Source: Dehalococcoidia bacterium (GTDB lineage: Bacteria > Chloroflexota > Dehalococcoidia > Lucifugimonadales > CBDCYU01). From it: a stretch of DNA of 64,000 bases. The notes under the pieces are model-generated. The model made no database searches. It was not told where the DNA came from and saw only the letters and a list, made by a program, of their open reading frames with translations. Location: the NCBI GenBank assembly GCA_965224345.1, contig CBDCYU010000003.1:905748-969747 (forward strand), read 5' to 3'. Below, in pieces: positions 8,098-17,511 of this stretch. How positions within the stretch are numbered: position 1 is the stretch's first letter; each line of letters starts with the position of its first letter. The position numbers and the translations under genes were made by a program.

Positions 8098-9345
8098 ATG
8101 AGACTGAGTGCCAATAAGTGCTTGTCCAATCCAGTGAAGGACAGCCTGCTTACGCTGGCGCTGCTCTTCGCTCTCGTCTCCTGCTCCAACGGCGGAGAAG
8201 AGGGCGAAGATGCCGCGTCCACACCAGCCATGGCGGGGACAGCAACCCCCACTGTGCGCGTAGTCGTTACCACCAACATCATGGCGGACTGGATAGAGAA
8301 GGTTGGCGGAGGGAATGTGGAGGTCTTCAGCATCGTGCCGTCGGGGGCCGACCCTCACTCTTTCCAACCAGGCGCCCAGGACGTCGCCAAGATCGCCGAC
8401 GCCGACCTGGTGCTCAGTGTAGGACTGGGCTTGGAGAAGTCTTGGCTCCACGAGCTCCTGGAGAATGCGGCGGGAGATGAGTCGGCCATCGTGGAGATCG
8501 GCGGGATAGTGGACCCCATCGAATTCGCCCAAGCCCACGCCGGCGAGGTCGATATGCTGGAAGAGCTCGGCCACGTCGTGCATGAAGTGGAGGAGGCTCA
8601 GGTCACTCCGGAGGCCGGCTTGGGGGAGATCAAGGAGCTGCTGGAAGCCGCAATGGGCGAGGGGGGTGAGGACCACGGTGAGGAAGAGGAGCTGGCGGAG
8701 ATGGTGCTGGAGATAGTCGAGAAGGTCGAAGCCGGGCAGATGGCTGCCGGGGACGCGATAGAGGAGATCGAGCACATCACCTCCGAAGGTGAAGAGGAGC
8801 ACGCCGGCCACGGCCACGGCATTCACGATCCCCACTTCTGGTTCGACCCGGTGCGCGTGAAGACCGTCGTGAACGACATAGCCGCCCGCCTGGCGGTGCT
8901 CGACCCGGACCGGGGCGACACCTACAGGGCCAACGCCGCCTCTTACAACGTAAAGCTCGACGAGCTGCACTCCTGGACGGAGGAGCAGGTCGAGGCGGTG
9001 CCGGAGGAGCGCAGGCTGCTGGTGACCTCCCACGACAGCCTCGGATACTTCGCGAACCTGTACGGCTTCGAGGTCGTGGGGGTCGTCTTTGGGGTCTCCA
9101 CGGAGACGGAGCCGTCGGCGGAGGACCTGGTGGACCTGGTTCACCAGGTAGAGAAGTACGGCGCTCCGGCAGTGTTCGGCGAGACGATGGTGAGCGAGCG
9201 CCTGGCTGGCGCCGTGGCGACGGAGTCCGGCGCGGAGCTCATCCGGCTCTACTCGGGCTCACTGGGCCTGGAGGGAAGCGGGGCGGAGACGTACCTGGAG
9301 ATGGTGCGTACCAACGTCCAACGCATAGTGGAAGCGCTGAAGTGA
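8098..9345 (+). CDS. znuA: ZnuA/TroA-family metal ABC transporter substrate-binding lipoprotein with long acidic/His loop
   Basis: Lipobox ALVSC. Family blocks PSGADPHSFQP and DPHFWFDP. About 100-aa Glu/Asp/His-rich insertion. Zn versus Mn specificity is not provable from sequence. Confidence 0.85.
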   Translation: MRLSANKCLSNPVKDSLLTLALLFALVSCSNGGEEGEDAASTPAMAGTATPTVRVVVTTNIMADWIEKVGGGNVEVFSIVPSGADPHSFQPGAQDVAKIADADLVLSVGLGLEKSWLHELLENAAGDESAIVEIGGIVDPIEFAQAHAGEVDMLEELGHVVHEVEEAQVTPEAGLGEIKELLEAAMGEGGEDHGEEEELAEMVLEIVEKVEAGQMAAGDAIEEIEHITSEGEEEHAGHGHGIHDPHFWFDPVRVKTVVNDIAARLAVLDPDRGDTYRANAASYNVKLDELHSWTEEQVEAVPEERRLLVTSHDSLGYFANLYGFEVVGVVFGVSTETEPSAEDLVDLVHQVEKYGAPAVFGETMVSERLAGAVATESGAELIRLYSGSLGLEGSGAETYLEMVRTNVQRIVEALK

Positions 9346-10106
9346 CGATGACCTCCGAACTCTGCATAACCGTCGAGGACGTAACCGTCGAGCGGGGCGG
9401 CCACACGGCCCTGGCCGACGTCACCTTTGAGGTAGGCACCGGCACCCTGATGGGCGTCCTGGGCCCCAATGGGGCGGGCAAGAGCACGCTGTTCGACGCC
9501 ATTGCGGGAGTCCTGCCCATCACGCGGGGCGCGGTGAAGCTGCACGGCGCGGCGGCTGAAACCGGCGCCTTGGCTTACGTGCCCCAGCGCGACAGCATCA
9601 ACTGGAGCTTCCCCGCCACCGTGCACGACGTGGTGACGATGGGGCGCTCCGGGAACATCGGGTGGTTTCGTCAGCCCGGCAAGAGGGACAGGGAGATGGT
9701 CCGCGTCTGCCTGGAGCGGGTGGACCTGTGGGAGCGGCGCTCGACCCTGGTGACGGAGCTGTCCGGCGGACAGCGCCAGAGGGTCTTTATAGCCCGGGCG
9801 CTGGCGCAGGAGGCCAGCGTCATTCTGCTGGACGAGGCGTTTAGCGGCGTAGACGTGGGCGCTCAGGAGGGCATCGTGGAGGTCCTCCAGTCCCTGCGGG
9901 ACGAGGGCAGGACCGTGCTCCTAGCGACCCACGACCTCACGAACCTGGCCCAGCGCTTCGACCATGTGCTGTGCATCAACCACCACGTCTGCGCCCACGG
10001 TCCACCTGACGAGGTCTTCACCCCCGAGGTGCTGGAGGAGCTGTACGGCTCCCATGGAATCGAGTTCGCTCCCGACCACTACAGGCCCTCGAGGGACATG
10101 TCATGA
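9342..10106 (+). CDS. znuC: Metal ABC transporter ATP-binding protein
   Basis: Walker A GPNGAGKST, signature LSGGQRQRVFIARAL, Walker B ILLDEAFSGVD. Overlaps the znuA stop. Confidence 0.9.
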   Translation: MTMTSELCITVEDVTVERGGHTALADVTFEVGTGTLMGVLGPNGAGKSTLFDAIAGVLPITRGAVKLHGAAAETGALAYVPQRDSINWSFPATVHDVVTMGRSGNIGWFRQPGKRDREMVRVCLERVDLWERRSTLVTELSGGQRQRVFIARALAQEASVILLDEAFSGVDVGAQEGIVEVLQSLRDEGRTVLLATHDLTNLAQRFDHVLCINHHVCAHGPPDEVFTPEVLEELYGSHGIEFAPDHYRPSRDMS

Positions 10107-10921
10107 TCGACTACGCCCTAGAGCCGTTCCAATACGGCTTTATGGTCCGGGCGCTGATCGTGTCCGTGCTGGTCGGGGTCATGTGCCCGGTCCTGGGCGC
10201 CTACGTCATCACACGGGGACGCGCATTCATGGGCGATGCTTTGGCCCACTCGGTGCTGCCGGGTATGGTGGTCGCTTTCCTGCTGGGGGTCACCCCATTC
10301 TTCGCTGCCGTGCCGGCGGGCATCGCCGTCGCCCTCTTGATGGGCTCCGTCAGCCGGCGCACAGGAATCAGCGAAGACACGTCCATCGGCATCATCTTCG
10401 CGGGCATGTTCGCCCTGGGCCTAGTGATGCTTTCGAGGGCCACCAGCGTCAACGTCAACATCGAAGACCTGCTGCTGGGGCAGGTCTTGGGGGTCTCATG
10501 GACGGACGTCTACGTCTCTCTGGGGCTCACGACCCTGGTGCTGGTTGGCCTGTACGCGTTTCACAGGCAGCTCGTCTACACCACCTTCGACCCCGTAGGC
10601 GCGGTGGTCGTGGGCATGAGGACGGGCTTGGTAGAGTACGTCCTCCTGGCCCTCCTAGCCCTCGTCATCGTCATAGGCATTCAGGCCGCCGGAATCGTCC
10701 TCGTTATGGCGATGCTCATCACGCCTGCGGCGTCCGGCTACCTGCTTGCCCGGCGATTCGTTGGTGTCATGCTCATTGGTGCGCTGATCGGCGTGGCCTC
10801 TGCGGTAGCCGGCCTGTTCCTCTCCTTCCAGGCCGACCTGCCATCAGGCCCCGCCATGGCCCTGGTCGCAACCGGGATATTCGGCTTGGTCGCCGTGGTG
10901 AGAAGAAAGCCTGGGGGATAG
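10103..10921 (+). CDS. znuB: Metal ABC transporter permease
   Basis: ABC-3 family pattern (FMVRALIVSVLVG, GDALAHSVLPG), 8-9 TM helices. 4-nt overlap with the ATPase gene. Confidence 0.9.
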   Translation: MIDYALEPFQYGFMVRALIVSVLVGVMCPVLGAYVITRGRAFMGDALAHSVLPGMVVAFLLGVTPFFAAVPAGIAVALLMGSVSRRTGISEDTSIGIIFAGMFALGLVMLSRATSVNVNIEDLLLGQVLGVSWTDVYVSLGLTTLVLVGLYAFHRQLVYTTFDPVGAVVVGMRTGLVEYVLLALLALVIVIGIQAAGIVLVMAMLITPAASGYLLARRFVGVMLIGALIGVASAVAGLFLSFQADLPSGPAMALVATGIFGLVAVVRRKPGG

Positions 10922-10927
10922 GCGAAA

Positions 10928-10972
10928 CCCCCTCTCAATCTTCCCCTGCGAGGGCCCTGCGAGGGGGAGAGG
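10928..10972. repeat. CCCCTCTC...GAGGGGGAGAGG hairpin element, copy 2 (internal CCTGCGAGGG duplicated)
   Basis: ccccctctcaatcttcccctgcgagggccctgcgagggggagagg, immediately after the znuB stop and between convergent genes. Confidence 0.45.
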
Positions 10973-11006
10973 TTGGCTTGCTTCCCGCTGCGAGGGCTGA
11001 AGCGTC

Positions 11007-12935
11007 TCAGACGCCGAAGGCCTCCCGGTACCTATCGTAGTCCTCTTTCCGGTCGTGGAAGGTTGGAGGCCTGTCGGCGATGAGGTGCCGACGGCCGATG
11101 AAGGGGCTATGGAGCAGGACGCCGTCGAAGCGGTGGCGTGTTACGAGCTCTTGGAGACGCTCCCTGGCCGTCTCGCTCTCGTCGGGCTCTTGGAGCAGGT
11201 GGTAGTAGTTGATCTCCGTGTCGGCGACGGCGTAGTCGAGGTTCCATCCCAGGCGCTGGACGAGAAAGGCGCCGGCGCTCCCGGCCTCAACCCTCCGGGC
11301 GGCCCGCTCCAGCGACGCCTTGGCCTCCAGGTAGCCCTCACGCACCTTGCTTACGTTCTCCAGGTTCTCGTAGTTGCCTTGGACACGGTCGTAGAGCGCC
11401 CTTCCGGCATCCTCCACCAGATCGAGATAGGCCGCCATCTCTTCGGTTGCGGGGCCGTACCTTTCGGACAGGTAGCTCTTGACGAAAGCGGCGCCGTCCA
11501 GGTCGGCGTTCCACGAGAGGGCGGCTACCAGCCTCTGGGTCAGCTCGTGGGTTATCCAGTCGGCGGCCTCGGCGTAGATCCCTATGCCATCGGCGCCCAG
11601 TACCTTGCAGTAGTAGGGCACCTCTGCGGAGATGAGCCTGGGCAGCACGACGGGGAGAGAGTGCCAGCTGTACTTGGTGTAGTACTCGTAGATGCAGGTG
11701 TCGCCCTGGAAACCGCTGTCACGCCATCGCTTCAACACCTCGTTGTAGTAGGCGTTGATGGGGTAGCTCTCTCCGAAGAGCGGCTCCGAGTAGCTGCGGT
11801 CGTAGATCGCAAAGTCGATCAGCGTGGACTCGTCGTACATGTACTGGGGGTCCGGCGGGTCCACGGCGGGGACGTAGGACAGGCCCTCCATCTTGGCCTC
11901 GAGCCCTGCCTCCTGCACTGCCTCGGTCAGCCTACCGTGAACGTACGCCTCCGCGTTGGAGATGCCCCCGAATTGATCGACGTCGGCCTTGACCCACAGG
12001 GCTCCGTCCGTCGGCCAAGCGTCGAAGATGTCGATCTCAGGATGGTCTCTCAGGTAGGCTATCACGTTGTCTACGTAGGTCCGCAGCGCATCGTCGTTGG
12101 TGATTCGGAAGATGGTCGCCCGCCGGTTCGGCCGCCTGCCCACCACCGGCACTCCGTCCTCGGGGAACCATTCGGGGTGCTCCTCCCCGTAGGTGCTCTC
12201 GGGCAGGAAGCTCTCGTATCCGTGGCCGCCCACCTCCAGCAGGATGCCCCGCTTCTGCGCCTCGGGTATGAGGCTCTCGCGGAAGTCGTCCCAGTTGGCG
12301 AGGCCCAGGCCAAAGACGTTGGTCGGGTAGGCCAGGGTATTGAGCCTGTTCTTGGCCATCCAGTCCAGAAGCAGCGCGAGGGTGGCCGCAGTGTGGCTGT
12401 ATCCCGCTCCGAAGTCCCGCCTGCGGTACTTCATGCTGGGCTCTTCGATGATCTCCAATGCGGGGAGCGGCAGAGAGGACCTGGATGGCAGATACTCGGC
12501 GTGATCTCCGTAGAAGGGGTAACGCGGCGCGAAGAAGCGGACTCCGAGCTGCTCCAGCAGAGCGTAGGCCGCGTACAGTGTGCCTCGGGGATTCGCGCCG
12601 GCGAGGACGATCCTGCTCTCCCTCGACTCCAGGGCGAATCCGTCTTCCTTCAAGGACGACACACGGGAGGCGATGGACGACAGCCACTGGGAGGGCAGCT
12701 GCCCTCGATCCGGGGCGTCGCCAGTGGTCACGACGATGGCGCTGGTAAGGGAGTCGAGCGGGGGCTCGTCGGCGATGCTCCCTCGGAGCACGGGTAGGGT
12801 GGCGCCTGAGATCCTCCGGACGTAGCTCTGCAGCTCCGCAGCGGCAAAGGAGGTCACCACGTCGGTCGCGCCGTCACTGCGGGCCCACCATACGATAGTC
12901 GAATCGGGAGTCCCGTCGGTTACAAGATTGGACAT
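11007..12935 (-). CDS. DUF4838-like putative glycoside hydrolase, no signal peptide
   Basis: 642-aa ORF. N-terminal block IVLAGANPRGTLYAAYALLEQLGVRFFAP followed by EEPSMKYRRRD resembles DUF4838/GH20-like proteins. The family call is from memory. Confidence 0.7.
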   Translation of the reverse strand: MSNLVTDGTPDSTIVWWARSDGATDVVTSFAAAELQSYVRRISGATLPVLRGSIADEPPLDSLTSAIVVTTGDAPDRGQLPSQWLSSIASRVSSLKEDGFALESRESRIVLAGANPRGTLYAAYALLEQLGVRFFAPRYPFYGDHAEYLPSRSSLPLPALEIIEEPSMKYRRRDFGAGYSHTAATLALLLDWMAKNRLNTLAYPTNVFGLGLANWDDFRESLIPEAQKRGILLEVGGHGYESFLPESTYGEEHPEWFPEDGVPVVGRRPNRRATIFRITNDDALRTYVDNVIAYLRDHPEIDIFDAWPTDGALWVKADVDQFGGISNAEAYVHGRLTEAVQEAGLEAKMEGLSYVPAVDPPDPQYMYDESTLIDFAIYDRSYSEPLFGESYPINAYYNEVLKRWRDSGFQGDTCIYEYYTKYSWHSLPVVLPRLISAEVPYYCKVLGADGIGIYAEAADWITHELTQRLVAALSWNADLDGAAFVKSYLSERYGPATEEMAAYLDLVEDAGRALYDRVQGNYENLENVSKVREGYLEAKASLERAARRVEAGSAGAFLVQRLGWNLDYAVADTEINYYHLLQEPDESETARERLQELVTRHRFDGVLLHSPFIGRRHLIADRPPTFHDRKEDYDRYREAFGV

Positions 12936-13040
12936 TGTGCGCTCCTATTCTCATTGAGGCGCCGCAAGGCGCGTTACCGACGCCCTATGGGCTCCTCGTT
13001 GCTCCTCAAAGTCTGAACAGCTACCCCGTCGATTCGTTCA

Positions 13041-13069
13041 TTGACCCTTTCGCAAGCAGGTGGTAGCAT
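13041..13069 (+). promoter_or_regulatory. Sigma70-like promoter for the ATPase gene pair
   Basis: TTGACC (13041-13046), 17-nt spacer, TAGCAT (13064-13069). Confidence 0.45.
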
Positions 13070-13145
13070 ACCGCAAAACGCACAGGAATGGCGGCTGCAG
13101 GCTCCGCGGTTATCCGCGATCATAGACCCTCAGGCTCTCGACGCG

Positions 13146-14195
13146 ATGGAATCCAGCTCGACACTACTAAGAGTCCGGAACCTCAAGACACACTTCATGT
13201 TGGACGAGGGCGTTGTCCGCGCGGTGGATGACGTCAGCTTCGACGTCCCCCGCGGCCAGATCCTGGGGCTGGTCGGGGAGAGCGGCTGTGGCAAGAGTGT
13301 CACCGCTCGCTCCATTTTGGGGCTCGTACGTCCTCCCGGAAGGGTGATCGAAGGCGAGGTGCTGTACGAGCGCATGGGCGGTGACGCCAACGGAGGAGGC
13401 TCGGGAGGCGTGGTGGACCTGACCTCCCTGGACCCGGAGGGAGCAGAGATACGAGATATACGCGGCGGCGAGATCTCCATGATCTTCCAGGAGCCCATGG
13501 CGACCCTGAGCCCGGTCCACAGCGTGGGCAATCAGATCATGGAGGCTATCCTGCTGCACCAAGACGTGAGCAGACAGGAGGCGCGCAACCGGACGATTGA
13601 GCTGCTGCGGCGGGTGGGCATACCCAGGGTCGAGGAGCGGATAGACGAGTACTCCTTCCGCCTCAGCGGTGGGATGCGCCAGCGGGCAATGATAGCCATC
13701 GCCCTATCGTGCAGTCCGGCTCTCCTGATAGCCGACGAGCCCACGACAGCCCTGGACGTGACCACCCAGGCCCAGATCCTGGAGCTCATCCTGGAGCTCC
13801 AGGATGAGGTTGGGATGGCGGTGCTGCTCATCACCCATAACCTGGGCGTCGTCGCCCAGATGGCCCAGCGGGTGGTGGTGATGTATCTGGGCAAGGTGGT
13901 GGAGGAAGGGGAGGTGGTGGACCTGTTCGAGAATCCCAAGCATCCCTACACTCGGGCTCTCCTGAAGTCTATCCCAAAGGCAACCTACTACAAGCAGACC
14001 ACGGACCTCGCCACCATCGAGGGCAGCATCCCATCGCCCTACGTCCGCCCCCAGGGCTGCTCCTTTCACCCGCGCTGTCCCGATTTCATGAGCGGCGTCT
14101 GCGACGACGTGGAACCCGAGCTGATCGAGCTGGGGCGGGACCATCAGGCCAGCTGCTTGCTCTACGCCCCTGAGCGCACCGGGAGGAAGAGTTGA
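13146..14195 (+). CDS. Peptide/nickel-type ABC transporter ATP-binding protein (DppD/OppD-like)
   Basis: Walker A GESGCGKSV, signature LSGGMRQRAMIAIAL, Walker B LIADEPTTALD. C-terminal oligopeptide-ATPase Cys motif (CSFHPRCP...C). ATG at 13146 preferred. Confidence 0.9.
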   Translation: MESSSTLLRVRNLKTHFMLDEGVVRAVDDVSFDVPRGQILGLVGESGCGKSVTARSILGLVRPPGRVIEGEVLYERMGGDANGGGSGGVVDLTSLDPEGAEIRDIRGGEISMIFQEPMATLSPVHSVGNQIMEAILLHQDVSRQEARNRTIELLRRVGIPRVEERIDEYSFRLSGGMRQRAMIAIALSCSPALLIADEPTTALDVTTQAQILELILELQDEVGMAVLLITHNLGVVAQMAQRVVVMYLGKVVEEGEVVDLFENPKHPYTRALLKSIPKATYYKQTTDLATIEGSIPSPYVRPQGCSFHPRCPDFMSGVCDDVEPELIELGRDHQASCLLYAPERTGRKS

Positions 14196-15223
14196 CGGAG
14201 ATCGCGGCGCTTAACCCCGATGCCCTGCTGGACGCCAGGGGGCTGAGGGTCCACTTCCCCATCAAGCGGGGCCTCTGGCGCCGCACCGTCGGCTACGTCA
14301 AGGCCGTCGACAACGTCAGCCTGCACATCCTCGAGGGCGAGACGCTGGCGCTGGTGGGGGAGAGTGGATGCGGCAAGACAACCATAGGCAGGGCCATCCT
14401 CCAGGCCCAGAGGCCCAACGAGGGCGAGGTGTGGCTCCGGTCGAGGGACGGCGAGTGGCAGGACCTGACCAAGCTGGACAGAAACGCCATGCGTCCGCTG
14501 CGCCAGGAGATGCAGCTCATCTTCCAGGACCCCTTCGGATCACTGAATCCCCGAATGACGGTGAAGAACGTCATCGGCGAGCCGCTGGTTGTCAACGGCG
14601 TCTGCAACGGCAGCGAGGTCGAGGATAGGGTGAGCCACCTCTTGCGCGTGGTGGGGCTTCGCTCCGAGTTCATGAGCCGCTACCCGCACGCCTTCAGCGG
14701 CGGCCAGCGCCAGCGGATCAGCATCGCCCGCGCCTTGGCCCTGAACCCGAGGCTGGTCATAGCCGACGAGCCCGTCTCGGCGCTGGACGTCTCAGTACAG
14801 GCCCAGACCCTGAACCTGCTGCGGGAGCTCCAACGGGAGATGGGGCTTACCTACCTGTTCATCTCTCACGACCTGAGCGTCGTCGAGTACATAAGCGACC
14901 GCGTCGCCGTAATGTACGTCGGCCAGATCGTGGAGATGTCCGAGACGGAGGAGTTATTCCAGAAACCGAGGCACCCTTACACCGAGGCGCTGCTGCTCTC
15001 GGTGCCCAATCCGGACCCGAGGGTGCGCTTCGGAGGCAGGGCTCTGGAGGGTGAGGTCGCCGATCCGGCGGACCCGCCCAGCGGCTGCTACTTCCACCCC
15101 AGGTGCCCCTACGCCCAGGAGATATGCATCTCGGACGCGCCTGAGTGGAGGGAAGCTAGCCCGGGCCACTGGTCCCGCTGCCACTTCGCGGAGGAGCTGG
15201 AGCTCACCGGCGTACCGGCCTGA
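14192..15223 (+). CDS. Peptide/nickel-type ABC transporter ATP-binding protein (DppF/OppF-like)
   Basis: [45 protein letters not shown]. 4-nt overlap with the upstream gene. Confidence 0.9.
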   Translation: MTEIAALNPDALLDARGLRVHFPIKRGLWRRTVGYVKAVDNVSLHILEGETLALVGESGCGKTTIGRAILQAQRPNEGEVWLRSRDGEWQDLTKLDRNAMRPLRQEMQLIFQDPFGSLNPRMTVKNVIGEPLVVNGVCNGSEVEDRVSHLLRVVGLRSEFMSRYPHAFSGGQRQRISIARALALNPRLVIADEPVSALDVSVQAQTLNLLRELQREMGLTYLFISHDLSVVEYISDRVAVMYVGQIVEMSETEELFQKPRHPYTEALLLSVPNPDPRVRFGGRALEGEVADPADPPSGCYFHPRCPYAQEICISDAPEWREASPGHWSRCHFAEELELTGVPA

Positions 15224-15235
15224 CCGGCGCCTCCG

Positions 15236-16366
15236 TCAAGCCTGGTACGGGTCTGCCGCGTCTCGCAGGCCGTCTCCCAGGAAGTTGAAGGCCAAGACGG
15301 CCACCACGACGAACATGCCGGGCAGAAGCAGCCACGGCGCCTCCGCCACCGCCTGGATGTTCTGCGCTCCCTGAAGCAAGACGCCCCAGCTTATCGCCGG
15401 TGGCCTCATTCCCACGCCCAGGAAGCTCAGGGAGGTCTCGGCCAGGATTATCACGGGTATCGACAGGCTTGTCGCGGCGACTATGTGGCTTGCGAAGGCC
15501 GGGACCATGTGCCTGAATATGATGCGCAGCTGAGTGCAGCCGTACAGCTGCGCGGCCGTGACGAAGTCCTCCTCCCTAAGGGACAGGAAGCGCCCGCGGA
15601 CCACGCGGGCCAGGACGGTCCATCCGACGAGAGAGAGGATTACGGTGATGGCGAAGTAGATCCTTACGATGGACCAGTCCCTGGGCAGGGCCGCCGCCAG
15701 CGCCATCCACAGCGGAATGGTCGGTATCGAGCGTATGAACTCGATGAAGCGCTGGATGAGGATGTCTATCCATCCCCCGTACAGCCCCGAGACTCCACCG
15801 AGCAGGATGCCCAGAAAGACGCTGATGGTAACGCCGACCAGGCCTATGGAGAGCGAAATGCGGGTCCCGTAGATCAGGCGGGAGTACAGGTCCCTTCCCA
15901 GGGGGTCCGTACCCAGCAGATAGAGCGGAACGTTTTCGTCCAGGTCCTCGGTGCGGGGTCCGATCAGGTGCCAATCGGTCTCTATGAGTCCGAGCAGCTT
16001 GTAGCTGTGCCCCCGCACGAAGGGGCGTATCGGGTATTTGACCTCTCGGTTGTGCTGGTACTCCATCTCCAGGGTGACGGGGTTGCGCTTTCCCTCCAGG
16101 CCGTATACGAAGGGGTTGGGTCCACCGTCCCACAAGTGTACCCTCTGGGGTGAGACTAGGGGATGGTAGGCCTCGGTGAGCCGCGGGTCCTTGGTTGCAA
16201 GGAACTCCGGGAATAGGACGATCAGGTAGAAGATCATCAGGACCCCGCCGCTGGCCATTGCCAGCTTGTGGCGTCGGAAGCGCCACCAGACCAGCTTCCA
16301 CTGGGGCGCACCGTAGATCTCCCTCTCCGCCTGGGTCAGCTCTTCAACGGGGATGACGGCGGCCAT
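15236..16366 (-). CDS. Peptide-type ABC transporter permease (DppC/OppC-like)
   Basis: Multi-TM protein. Blocks QWKLVWWRFRRHK and LGTDPLGRDLYSRLIYGTRISL. BPD transporter core. Confidence 0.9.
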   Translation of the reverse strand: MAAVIPVEELTQAEREIYGAPQWKLVWWRFRRHKLAMASGGVLMIFYLIVLFPEFLATKDPRLTEAYHPLVSPQRVHLWDGGPNPFVYGLEGKRNPVTLEMEYQHNREVKYPIRPFVRGHSYKLLGLIETDWHLIGPRTEDLDENVPLYLLGTDPLGRDLYSRLIYGTRISLSIGLVGVTISVFLGILLGGVSGLYGGWIDILIQRFIEFIRSIPTIPLWMALAAALPRDWSIVRIYFAITVILSLVGWTVLARVVRGRFLSLREEDFVTAAQLYGCTQLRIIFRHMVPAFASHIVAATSLSIPVIILAETSLSFLGVGMRPPAISWGVLLQGAQNIQAVAEAPWLLLPGMFVVVAVLAFNFLGDGLRDAADPYQA

Positions 16367-16369
16367 GGA

Positions 16370-17362
16370 TCAGCGCTCCTCCATCCGTATACGTGGGTCC
16401 TGCCATGCCAGCAAGACGTCCGAGAGGAGCGTGCCGATGATGGTCAATACGCTCAGCATCAGTATGAAGGCGCCGGCCAGGAACATGTCCTGCGCCAGGA
16501 GAGCGCCCAGGAGCAGCGGCCCCGCCGTGGGCAGGCTCAGGACGATGGCAACGATGAGCCCGCCGGAGAGCAGCTGCGGCAAGGACCAGCCGACGGTGCT
16601 TATGAAGGGGTTGAAGGCCAGGCGCACCGGGTACTTGAGGATCAGCCGCCACTCGGAGGCTCCCCTGGCGCGGGCCGCCTCCACGTAGGGCTTGTTGAGC
16701 TCGTCCAGCAGATTGTTGCGCATCACCCTGATGAGGTAGGCGGTCTCGCTGGTCCCGACTATCAGCCCCGGGAGCCACAGGTGCTTGAGCAGGTCGATGA
16801 TCTTGGCAAGGCTCCACGGGGCCCCCACGAACTCCGGAGAGAATAGGCCGGACAGCACGTCCCCCGTGAAAACGAAGATGGTCCACAGAACGACGAGGGC
16901 TACCAGGAAGTTGGGTGTGGCGAGGCCGAGGAATCCGACTCCTGTGAACAGGTAGTCGAATATGGAGTACTGCTTGACGGCTGAGAATATTCCGACGGGG
17001 ATAGCTATGATCCATGCGAATACGAGAGCGGTGGAGGCTACGGACAGCGTGAGGGCCATACGCTCCCAGATGATGTCCGACACGGGGCGCTCCCACACCA
17101 GGGAGACGCCGAAGTTGCCGCGCAGAACGATGTTCCTCATCCACTTGAAGTACTGTATGTGCAGGGGCTGGTCGAGGCCGTAGTGGAGCTTCAGCGCTTC
17201 AATCTCTTCCTCGTCGACCTCCTCGCCGCTTTGCTGGAGGGCCGCGATGTAGCTTGTGAGGAAGTCTCCCGGAGGCGCCTGAATGATCATGAAGGAGACG
17301 ATGGTGAGGATGAACAGCATGGGCACCGCAAGGCCGATCCTGCGTATTATGTATTGGCCCAT
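16370..17362 (-). CDS. Peptide-type ABC transporter permease (DppB/OppB-like)
   Basis: MGQYIIRRIGLAVPMLF start, YVEAARARGASEWRLILKY, C-terminal DPRIR. Confidence 0.9.
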   Translation of the reverse strand: MGQYIIRRIGLAVPMLFILTIVSFMIIQAPPGDFLTSYIAALQQSGEEVDEEEIEALKLHYGLDQPLHIQYFKWMRNIVLRGNFGVSLVWERPVSDIIWERMALTLSVASTALVFAWIIAIPVGIFSAVKQYSIFDYLFTGVGFLGLATPNFLVALVVLWTIFVFTGDVLSGLFSPEFVGAPWSLAKIIDLLKHLWLPGLIVGTSETAYLIRVMRNNLLDELNKPYVEAARARGASEWRLILKYPVRLAFNPFISTVGWSLPQLLSGGLIVAIVLSLPTAGPLLLGALLAQDMFLAGAFILMLSVLTIIGTLLSDVLLAWQDPRIRMEER

Positions 17363-17383
17363 CTACGGCGCACCTCAAGCCAT

Positions 17384-17407
17384 GGGTTGTGCCCCGGGGC
17401 ACAACCC
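17384..17407 (-). other. Perfect 24-nt palindromic stem-loop in the SBP-permease intercistronic region
   Basis: GGGTTGTGCCCCGGGGCACAACCC. Confidence 0.5.
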
Positions 17408-17449
17408 GTTTCGTCCACGACGTCCAGCTCGGTGTTCGTCTCTAGCCTC

Positions 17450-17478
17450 AGAGGGGCGACCCTTCGAGTCGCCCCTCT
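17450..17478 (-). other. Stem-loop 34 nt downstream of the SBP stop
   Basis: AGAGGGGCGAC-ccttcga-GTCGCCCCTCT, an 11-bp perfect stem with no T tract. Confidence 0.5.
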
Positions 17479-17511
17479 ATCCCTGTCAACTTAGGGGCTC
17501 GCCGCCCCGCG

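Noticed and set aside
11055-12797. 580-aa plus-strand ORF antisense to the DUF4838-like gene
   Set aside because: Shadow ORF with a low-complexity Gly/Val/Arg/Leu composition. The opposite strand encodes a coherent globular protein.
13041-13145. TTG start at 13041 for the DppD-like ATPase
   Set aside because: The TTG is the first three bases of a TTGACC -35 box paired with TAGCAT. ATG 13146 gives an N-terminus matching the sibling ATPase.
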